From positions 210,001 through 242,000 of the forward strand of contig NZ_AP013028.1 of NCBI RefSeq assembly GCF_000829315.1: 32,000 bases of DNA. The letters are read 5' to 3'. The stretch is from Wolbachia endosymbiont of Cimex lectularius (lineage in GTDB: Bacteria > Pseudomonadota > Alphaproteobacteria > Rickettsiales > Anaplasmataceae). The position numbers were made by a program, and so were the translations under genes. Of this stretch, positions 22,401-30,413 are shown in pieces. Under the pieces are notes generated by a model. The model searched no databases. It saw only the letters and a list, made by a program, of their open reading frames with translations, and had not been told where the DNA came from. Positions within the stretch are counted from its first letter, which is position 1. Every line of letters begins with the position of its first letter.

Positions 22401-23422
22401 TATCTTTTTGCTCTGGAAAGTAACTCTATGGAAAATCATCAGCACTTGCAAACGTTGCGTTCAATTGCATTTATTGTTGGAGTATTTCTATTGGTATTTA
22501 GCTTAACAATGGTCATTCCTGCTATTACTAATAAGTATCTGGGTTACGAGTGGAAAAATTTCCTAGCTGGGTTTGTGATTACTTGCATATCTGACGCAAT
22601 TTTTGTTTTATTAGGTAAATTAAGCAAATTGCATGGAATGCCAGTGGTTTTTGCGATTACCAGTTGTGCTTGGATTGCTTTATCCCTATTTACAGCTATT
22701 CCATTCTATCTTGATAGTCTGGACTATGTTGATGCATTATTTGAAACGATATCTGGCTTTACCACAACAGGGGCAGCTGTATTCAGTGATGTTGAAAAGC
22801 TATCTCCAGGAATATTGCTGTGGAGAGCAATGCTGCATGGTATAGGTGGCTTTGGTATAATTACTATAGGAATTGCAGTTTTTCCCATGCTGAGGGTTCT
22901 GAGTCTAAGTAATTTACTCTATTCTGAATGTTCAGATGTTACAAAAAGAAGGTTACCAAACACGCGAAGTGTAGTGATTCATGCTACAGCAATATATTAT
23001 GGCCTAATTTTGTTGTCATATTTTCCTATTATCTAGCTGGTATGCCATTATTTGATGCAATATGCCACGGAATGTCCGCTGTATCAACTGGTGGATTTGC
23101 TAACTATAACGATTCCATAGGGCACTATAATAATCCTTTACTAGAAGTCATAACAATCATTTTTATGATCTTGGGCTCTCTGCCTTTTCTTAGCTACTTA
23201 AAGATCATAAGACAGTTAGATATTTACCGCGATGAACAGGTCTCTTACTTTACTGGGATAGTCATTGCCTCATCTTTATTTGCTTGTTTTTGGTTGTACA
23301 AAAATGTTGATTTAGGAATATCATTGTCATTTAGATATAGCACATTTACCATCATCTCTTTTATTACGTCAACTGGCTATGTGGTGTGCAATTACGTGGA
23401 TTGGGGCTTTATTTCAGTCTTA

Positions 23423-24282
23423 GAACCTGTTTAAAATCTTGGAAATGTGAGGTAAAGTAAGCATAGATTAATAATGAGGTGTCTATGCAGAAAAGTTATC
23501 CAAGTAATATAAGTCAAGAGCAGTTTGAAAAAATCGGGCCAATTTTGGAGAGTAGCAAGCAGAAAACAAAACCAAGAAAACTTGATTTGTATGACGTATT
23601 TTGTGGGGTGTTGTACGTCTTAAAAAGTGGTTGTCAGTGGAGGATGTTACCAAAGGGTTTTCCAAGATGGGAAAGCGTATATTACTATTTTCGAGTGTGG
23701 AGTAAAAAGAATGGAGAAGAGCCAAGCTTGTTGGAATTAGTCTTAAAAAAAATTAGTTGGAGAGGTCCGTATCAGCAATGGTCGGAAAGAGAAAACTAGC
23801 TTTTGTATAATTGATTCTCAAAGCGTTAAAAACGCAGATACTGCTGAAAAAAAAAGGCTATGATGCAGGTAAAAAGATTTCAGGGATAAAGCGCCATATT
23901 GCAGTTGATACACAAGGTTTGCCACATGCAATTTATGTAACAACGGCAGAAGCAACTGACCGTAGCAGTGCTGTGAAAATGGTCGAAAATGCTAAAGCAA
24001 ACCTCTCTGAAGTTAAAAACATACTGGTTGATGCTGGCTACACAGGAGAAAATTTTGTAACACAAATAAAAGCTATCATTGGTGCGACTGTTGAAGTAAT
24101 AAAGCGAAGTGAGTTACACACTTTCGTCGTATTGCCAAAAAGATGGGTTGTTGAACGCTCTTTTGTCTGGTAGAAAAGTGCAGGCGATTGTGGAAAAATT
24201 GCGAGCGGAAGCTCAACACTAGCTTACAGATGATAGTCCTCTCCTTCATTTCTCTCCTGTTACGAAGATTTTAAACAGGTTC
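23423..24282 (+). mobile_element. IS5-family, ISWpi1-like insertion sequence, copy 1 (degraded)
   Basis: 860 bp; terminal inverted repeats GAACCTGTTTAAAATCTT / AAGATTTTAAACAGGTTC; flanking TTA target duplication; two transposase ORFs. Extra A (A9) at ~23849 and one missing T near 24171 break orfB. Confidence 0.9.
23479..23799 (+). CDS. IS5-family transposase orfA (copy 1)
   Basis: MSMQKSYPSNISQEQFEKIGPILESSKQKTKPRKLDLYDVFCGVLYVLKSGCQWRMLPKGFPRWESVYYYFRVW. Confidence 0.9.
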   Translation: MSMQKSYPSNISQEQFEKIGPILESSKQKTKPRKLDLYDVFCGVLYVLKSGCQWRMLPKGFPRWESVYYYFRVWSKKNGEEPSLLELVLKKISWRGPYQQWSEREN

Positions 24283-24767
24283 TTAGCTTTTTTTCTAACC
24301 TTTATTGGTGGATGTGGTGGTTCTGCAAGTGGTGGAATCAAAATCTTCCGTTTGATTGTTTTTTTAAGATCTATAGGAAATCGCTTTCGCCTTTTATTAG
24401 ATCCTAATGCAGGTGATAGGGTGAAATTTAATGGTAAAATTTTAGAAGATGATGAAGTTCACTCTATCTTTACGTTTTTTACAATTTACATATTAACGTT
24501 CACTATATCATCAATAGTGATGTCTTACTTAGGCAATACGGACTTTATAACTAGCATTAGTGCGGTCTCTGCAACGCTTACAAACTCTGGTCCAGGGTTC
24601 AGTAACTTAATCGGGCCTTCAGGTAATTGTTCCTCCTTCAGCAGTGGAGTAAAACTATTTCTGTCGTTTTTAATGCTGCTTGGCAGGCTTGAAATATTGC
24701 CAATCTATTTTTGTATAGGCAACTTGCTCTTATTTAACAGAAGAGAATAGTTTAGCTGCCTAAAAGG

Positions 24768-24798
24768 CTCACTTTTACCCACAAATATAAAAAGTGAG
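24768..24798. repeat. Inverted repeat CTCACTTTT ... AAAAGTGAG (possible trkH terminator or IS4-element end)
   Basis: 9-bp perfect arms, 13-nt loop, 17 bp after the trkH stop. Confidence 0.45.
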
Positions 24799-24830
24799 TA
24801 AGATAGATACCAAATAAATTTGGTGTCAAA

Positions 24831-25908
24831 ATGAGTGAAGTAAGTACAAATGCGCAATATACTGATGGCTTAGGGGATAAATGGCTGGAAAGAGAGTTAA
24901 AACACGTTAACTTGGGGGATATAAGGCTCAATAAGAGACTTATTAAAACAAGCTATTGTATAGAGGGTAAGGCATCTGAATCAAAGCTGTAGTAGATGGA
25001 AAGAAGCCAAGGGTGCGTACAGATTATTTAGCCATGAAAAGCTCAAGGATAATGAAATTTATTCTTCTCATTATAAAGAAACTATGGAGAGAATAAAAGG
25101 AAATCAGTTTGTTTTTTCAGTTCAAGATACAAGTTATTTGGATTTTGACTCTCATATAAAAACCAAGAGGCTAGGTAGTATTTCTAAAGCTTATACGAAG
25201 CATAAAATGGGTTTAATGTTGCCATAGTGCCTTAATACTCAACAAGACCTTTAGGTTTATCCTCCCAACAGTGTTGGGCGCGTTCTATTAGGGAAGAAGA
25301 AACACACAGGAAAAAGCACACAGAAAATACTGTACTTCCATAGAAGAAAAAGAAAGTTATAAATGGATAACAGCTCTCAAAGAAACTATAAACAACCTTC
25401 CTCCAAATGTACAACTTGTTACTCTTGGTGATAGGGAGGCAGATATCTTCAAATTTTTATGGGTTACTGAGACGTTAGGTAGTTTTTATGTAATCCGTAA
25501 TCGAGCTAATAGAAAGTTTATCTGTACTGAAGTTGGTAAAACAGACTTGCAAACACGCATCGCTCAACTGCCAGTAAAAAAGAAAATTTCTCTGGAGGTT
25601 ATTAAAGGTGGGCACCAGAAGTCAAGAAAAGCTAATATTGAAGTTAAGTATATGAAAGGTTATATACCCATCAGAGCTCCTTACATTTATGGATCAAAAG
25701 ATACAGCACATAAAATAAGTGATAAAATCCCTGTATATGTGGTAAGTGCAAAAGAAACAAATCCTCCTGAAGGGTTGGAAACTATTGATTGGACCTTACT
25801 AACTAATGTACCGGTTAATAACACTTTAGATGCCATAGAAAGAATAAATTGGTATAAGCTAAGATGGAAAATAGAAGAGTACTTTAGAGTTTTAAAATCA
25901 GGATGTAA
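24831..25908 (+). pseudogene. IS4-family (Tn5/IS50-like) transposase remnant with several frameshifts, 3' end removed
   Basis: LGDKWLERELKHVNLGDIRLNKRLIK (Tn5-type DNA-binding domain), FVFSVQDTSYLDF, VTLGDREADIF and INWYKLRWKIEEYFRVLKSG (YREK-type) in different frames. Confidence 0.85.
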
Positions 25909-25916
25909 GAACTTGT

Positions 25917-26273
25917 TTAAAATCTTCGTAACAGGAGAGAAATGAAGGAGAGGACTATCATCTGTAAGCTAGTGTTGAGCTTCCGCTCGCAATTTTTCCA
26001 CAATCGCCTGCACTTTTCTAACCAGGCAAAAGAGCGTTCAACAACCCATCTTTTTGGCAATACGACGAAAGTGTGTAACTCACTTCGCTTTATTACTTCA
26101 ACAGTCGCACCAATGATAGCTTTTATTTGTGTTGCAAAATTTTCTCCTGTGTAGCCAGCATCAACCAGTATGTTTTTAACTTCAGAGAGGTTTGCTTTAG
26201 CATTTTCGACCATTTTCACAGCACTGCTACGGTCAGTTGCTTCTGCCGTTGTTACATAAATTGCATGTGGCAA
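25917..26273 (-). CDS. IS5-family transposase orfB (copy 2, listed from the first ATG; real reading frame extends upstream)
   Basis: GIKRHIAVDTQGLPHAIYVTTAEATDRSSAVKM...TFVVLPKRWVVERSFAWLEKCRRLWKNCER, DDE catalytic-domain signatures. Confidence 0.85.
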   Translation of the reverse strand: MPHAIYVTTAEATDRSSAVKMVENAKANLSEVKNILVDAGYTGENFATQIKAIIGATVEVIKRSELHTFVVLPKRWVVERSFAWLEKCRRLWKNCERKLNTSLQMIVLSFISLLLRRF

Positions 26274-26391
26274 ACCTTGTGTATCAACTGCAATATGGCG
26301 CTTTATCCCTGAAATCTTTTTACCTGCATCATAGCCTTTTTTTTCAGCAGTATCTGCGTTTTTAACGCTTTGAGAATCAATTATACAAAAG

Positions 26392-26712
26392 CTAGTTTTC
26401 TCTTTCCGACCATTGCTGATACGGACCTCTCCAACTAATTTTTTTTAAGACTAATTCCAACAAGCTTGGCTCTTCTCCACTCTTTTTACTCCACACTCGA
26501 AAATAGTAATATACGCTTTCCCATCTTGGAAAACCCTTTGGTAACATCCTCCACTGACAACCACTTTTTAAGACGTACAACACCCCACAAAATACGTCAT
26601 ACAAATCAAGTTTTCTTGGTTTTGTTTTCTGCTTGCTACTCTCCAAAATTGGCCTGATTTTTTCAAACTGCTCTTGACTTATATTACTTGGATAACTTTT
26701 CTGCATAGACAC
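26392..26712 (-). CDS. IS5-family transposase orfA (copy 2)
   Basis: 106 aa, near identical to the other copies. Confidence 0.9.
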   Translation of the reverse strand: MSMQKSYPSNISQEQFEKIRPILESSKQKTKPRKLDLYDVFCGVLYVLKSGCQWRMLPKGFPRWESVYYYFRVWSKKSGEEPSLLELVLKKISWRGPYQQWSEREN

Positions 26713-26791
26713 CTCATTATTAATCTATGCTTACTTTACCTCACATTTCCAAGATTTTAAACAGGTTCTTAAGCAAATTACCTGCTAATTG

Positions 26792-27258
26792 CAATGTTCG
26801 TACAGTTGTGCGCGTGACGCTAGAATCTAAGGTGAAAAAAGTGTAGATCCTAGTGTCAGCTACTGGGATGACGGGAGAAGGGGTGCTGGAGTGACAACAT
26901 TTGTTGTAAAAATAAATGTTCGTTCATGAATTGCAACTAGCTATAAACATTAAAAAATTTACCAAACAGAAAAAAAGGTAAAGAACCCCCGAGTGGCGAG
27001 CTTTGACTCTATAATACTTTAAATTGGCGCTATAATAATTTACTGACGCTTAGTTTAAGCGCGATTTGACTGAATGTAGAAAAAATGAAAAAGACATGCA
27101 GCCGCTATAATTTGATACAATCCGCCAAAAAATACCCTGAGTTTTTTACTGAATTTTGTCATTGAGCCTGCAGATCAAAAACAAGTTTTGAGTTAGAAAT
27201 ACCCTTGTTACTATAGTAACGAAATTATTAGAATTTGTCAAGTAGTTTTTTTGTTTCA
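26792..27258. repeat. Dispersed intergenic repeat block, copy 3
   Basis: CAATGTTCGTACAGTTGTGCG (26792-26812) matches 1515-1535 exactly; GAATTGCAACTAGCTATAAACATTAAAAAATTTACCAA matches ~1567-1604; ends GTCAAGTAGTTTTTTTGTTTCA from 27237. Confidence 0.7.
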
Positions 27259-27797
27259 CAACATACCAAAAACTGGCTAGTTATGCGAGAGTCTATTGCA
27301 GCAACGGTGAACTCTGTTTCTCAGGACTTGAAGTGTTGCGACTGTTGCACTGTTTGTACAGATTTCATAATTGAATCTGGTGATGCGCTTCTACCTTTCC
27401 TTAATTCACGAATATATTGATCATCTTTTGAGTCGAAGTTCTTCCTGCTCTTACTCATTTCATTCTTTAAGTCTTCATATATCTCTTTTAGCGCTCTCTT
27501 GTCTTCTTTCTCTTTTATGTTACCACTTTGCAATAGACTTTTAACCTGATATGCATCATATCTGAGCAAGGTTTGTTTATCTTCATACATAGGATTAGCT
27601 CTATCTAGGATTTCCTGAAGGAATTTGTACACAAAAGATCTTGAATTCAGGAAGTCATGACAGTTATCGCATGTATAGTGTCCATACTGCCGAAAATGCT
27701 CTTGTACTATTTTATCTATTCCCTCTAGATGTTTATTATTAGAACCTGTTTAAAATCTTGGAAATGTGAGGTAAAGTAAGCATAGATTAATAATGAG

Positions 27798-28118
27798 GTG
27801 TCTATGCAGAAAAGTTATCCAAGTAATATAAGTCAAGAGCAGTTTGAAAAAATCAGGCCAATTTTGGAGAGTAGCAAGCAGAAAACAAAACCAAGAAAAC
27901 TTGATTTGTATGACGTATTTTGTGGGGTGTTGTACGTCTTAAAAAGTGGTTGTCAGTGGAGGATGTTACCAAAGGGTTTTCCAAGATGGGAAAGCGTATA
28001 TTACTATTTTCGAGTGTGGAGTAAAAAGAATGGAGAAGAGCCAAGCTTGTTGGAATTAGTCTTAAAAAAAATTAGTTGGAGAGGTCCGTATCAGCAATGG
28101 TCGGAAAGAGAAAACTAG
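27798..28118 (+). CDS. IS5-family transposase orfA (copy 3)
   Basis: 106 aa, GTG start. Confidence 0.9.
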   Translation: MSMQKSYPSNISQEQFEKIRPILESSKQKTKPRKLDLYDVFCGVLYVLKSGCQWRMLPKGFPRWESVYYYFRVWSKKNGEEPSLLELVLKKISWRGPYQQWSEREN

Positions 28119-28236
28119 CTTTTGTATAATTGATTCTCAAAGCGTTAAAAACGCAGATACTGCTGAAAAAAAAGGCTATGATGCAGGTAAAAAGATTTCA
28201 GGGATAAAGCGCCATATTGCAGTTGATACACAAGGT

Positions 28237-28593
28237 TTGCCACATGCAATTTATGTAACAACGGCAGAAGCAACTGACCGTAGCAGTGCTGTGAAAATGG
28301 TCGAAAATGCTAAAGCAAACCTCTCTGAAGTTAAAAACATACTGGTTGATGCTGGCTACACAGGAGAAAATTTTGCAACACAAATAAAAGCTATCATTGG
28401 TGCGACTGTTGAAGTAATAAAGCGAAGTGAGTTACACACTTTCGTTGTATTGCCAAAAAGATGGGTTGTTGAACGCTCTTTTGCCTGGTTAGAAAAGTGC
28501 AGGCGATTGTGGAAAAATTGCGAGCGGAAGCTCAACACTAGCTTACAGATGATAGTCCTCTCCTTCATTTCTCTCCTGTTACGAAGATTTTAA
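28237..28593 (+). CDS. IS5-family transposase orfB (copy 3, listed from the first ATG)
   Basis: Same sequence as the orfB of copies 2 and 4. Confidence 0.85.
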   Translation: MPHAIYVTTAEATDRSSAVKMVENAKANLSEVKNILVDAGYTGENFATQIKAIIGATVEVIKRSELHTFVVLPKRWVVERSFAWLEKCRRLWKNCERKLNTSLQMIVLSFISLLLRRF

Positions 28594-28894
28594 ACAGGTT
28601 CTTAGAGTTACTTGCATCACAAGATTTATTTACAAAGTCTAAAATTCTTGAGTCTTTGTCACTTTCAAACTTTCTATCAAGCTCAACTCTCCATCTAGCT
28701 CTTGTTACTTTCTCTAATTGAGAATTCAGCTCCTTCTCTTTAGCTTTCTGTTCTTTGGACTTTATAAATATAAATGCTTTACTCTGCTTCTTAAGGCTAG
28801 TGAGCTTCCATCGCAAATCATTTTGTCTATCCTGTAGAGCTTTAATTCGATCATCAAGGCTAACAGTTTGCTCAACTTTTTTCTGAGAACCTGT

Positions 28895-29251
28895 TTAAAA
28901 TCTTCGTAACAGGAGAGAAATGAAGGAGAGGACTATCATCTGTAAGCTAGTGTTGAGCTTCCGCTCGCAATTTTTCCACAATCGCCTGCACTTTTCTAAC
29001 CAGGCAAAAGAGCGTTCAACAACCCATCTTTTTGGCAATACGACGAAAGTGTGTAACTCACTTCGCTTTATTACTTCAACAGTCGCACCAATGATAGCTT
29101 TTATTTGTGTTGCAAAATTTTCTCCTGTGTAGCCAGCATCAACCAGTATGTTTTTAACTTCAGAGAGGTTTGCTTTAGCATTTTCGACCATTTTCACAGC
29201 ACTGCTACGGTCAGTTGCTTCTGCCGTTGTTACATAAATTGCATGTGGCAA
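28895..29251 (-). CDS. IS5-family transposase orfB (copy 4, listed from the first ATG)
   Basis: Same sequence as the orfB of copies 2 and 3. Confidence 0.85.
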   Translation of the reverse strand: MPHAIYVTTAEATDRSSAVKMVENAKANLSEVKNILVDAGYTGENFATQIKAIIGATVEVIKRSELHTFVVLPKRWVVERSFAWLEKCRRLWKNCERKLNTSLQMIVLSFISLLLRRF

Positions 29252-29369
29252 ACCTTGTGTATCAACTGCAATATGGCGCTTTATCCCTGAAATCTTTTTA
29301 CCTGCATCATAGCCTTTTTTTTCAGCAGTATCTGCGTTTTTAACGCTTTGAGAATCAATTATACAAAAG

Positions 29370-29690
29370 CTAGTTTTCTCTTTCCGACCATTGCTGATAC
29401 GGACCTCTCCAACTAATTTTTTTTAAGACTAATTCCAACAAGCTTGGCTCTTCTCCATTCTTTTTACTCCACACTCGAAAATAGTAATATACGCTTTCCC
29501 ATCTTGGAAAACCCTTTGGTAACATCCTCCACTGACAACCACTTTTTAAGACGTACAACACCCCACAAAATACGTCATACAAATCAAGTTTTCTTGGTTT
29601 TGTTTTCTGCTTGCTACTCTCCAAAATTGGCCTGATTTTTTCAAACTGCTCTTGACTTATATTACTTGGATAACTTTTCTGCATAGACAC
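29370..29690 (-). CDS. IS5-family transposase orfA (copy 4)
   Basis: 106 aa, near identical to the other copies. Confidence 0.9.
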   Translation of the reverse strand: MSMQKSYPSNISQEQFEKIRPILESSKQKTKPRKLDLYDVFCGVLYVLKSGCQWRMLPKGFPRWESVYYYFRVWSKKNGEEPSLLELVLKKISWRGPYQQWSEREN

Positions 29691-30413
29691 CTCATTATTA
29701 ATCTATGCTTACTTTACCTCACATTTCCAAGATTTTAAACAGGTTCTGAGGTTTGCTTTCTGTCTGAGAAAACTCTTTCCTGAGTGTAGTAGAGTTATTT
29801 GGCTTTTTAGAAATAGTTGGAACTTCAACTTTTTTTGGCTAAGCACCTTCCTACCACTCCTTCCAATTCCAGCAAGCTTTTGCTGGCTTGAGTTCTGCAG
29901 TTGTTGTTGATATTTGTCATCTTTTACTGCATTGTACGATATCTCGCTTTTACTTGATATCGAGCTTGTATCAAGCATTTCGCTGTCACTTATTGTGCTG
30001 GAGCTTGACGATATTCCACTATCACTTGATATTGATACTGCATCAGAGTCAATGCTAAAAGTTGACAAGGAGTGGGTTCTATCTTTTCCAGGAATTCGGC
30101 TATTTGTTTTAGCTTTTGATCTAACTTTTATTGGTATTGTTTCACTTTTGACTGAAGTGGAGTCAAAAATAATCGGGCTACTGATAGCCTTTATAGGCTG
30201 ACCAGCTGATTTCGACCTTTTTGATTTTCCCGTCTTTTTACTCATTTCAAACCCTCAATTCATTACCAATACAACTTAATTTTAAATGATAACTATTAAC
30301 TATGCATGAATATTATTTTTGGCAAAGTCTCTTGCGATGCTCAAAAGTAGAAACAAAGGCTTGATTTTTATATCCAAATAATAGACTATCAAAGGCACAC
30401 ATAAATATCTACA

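Larger units (their letters stand above)
22428..24750 (+). pseudogene. trkH: Trk-type K+ transporter membrane subunit (TrkH), disrupted by a 1-nt deletion and an IS insertion
   Basis: Three ORF pieces (22428-23036, 22928-23434, 24352-24750) join into one TrkH-like protein. Motifs include SGFTTTGAAVF, HGIGGFGIITIGIAVFP, CHGMSAVSTGGFANYND and GGCGGSASGGIKIFR. Confidence 0.85.
25909..26768 (-). mobile_element. IS5-family, ISWpi1-like insertion sequence, copy 2
   Basis: 860 bp with both terminal repeats; left end reads GAACTTG instead of GAACCTG; orfA (-) 26392-26712 and orfB (-) 25917-26273. Confidence 0.9.
27742..28601 (+). mobile_element. IS5-family, ISWpi1-like insertion sequence, copy 3 (apparently intact)
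   Basis: 860 bp, perfect terminal repeats, TTA duplication at 27739-27741 / 28602-28604, orfA 27798-28118, orfB through 28593. Confidence 0.93.
28887..29746 (-). mobile_element. IS5-family, ISWpi1-like insertion sequence, copy 4 (apparently intact)
   Basis: 860 bp, perfect terminal repeats, TGA duplication at 28884-28886 / 29747-29749, orfA (-) 29370-29690, orfB (-) from 28895. Confidence 0.93.
27321..30245 (-). pseudogene. Uncharacterised serine-rich / coiled-coil protein gene split by two IS copies and one frameshift
   Basis: Fragments (-) 29709-30245, 28565-28816 and 27321-27632. Removing the two 863-bp insertions (IS plus one TSD) and adding 1 nt gives a continuous 1200-nt ORF. Confidence 0.75.

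Noticed and set aside
22633-22845. 70-aa plus-strand ORF inside trkH
   Set aside because: Alternate frame of the TrkH coding sequence.
27235-27420. Cysteine-rich ORF (CCDCCTVC) on the plus strand
   Set aside because: Antisense to the 3' end of the rebuilt serine-rich gene; the cysteines come from the reverse complement of CAAC/CAGT-rich coding sequence.
28198-29290. Antisense ORFs inside the IS copies (MCCKIFSCVASINQY..., MKERTIICKLVLSF..., MALLHSFYSTLEN...), repeated four times
   Set aside because: They recur only because the IS recurs; they are antisense to transposase frames.
23423-29746. Possible composite transposon or defence island bounded by IS copies
   Set aside because: DNA between copies is explained by a broken trkH, an IS4 remnant, an intergenic repeat and pieces of one pre-existing gene. 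No intact cargo gene is seen.
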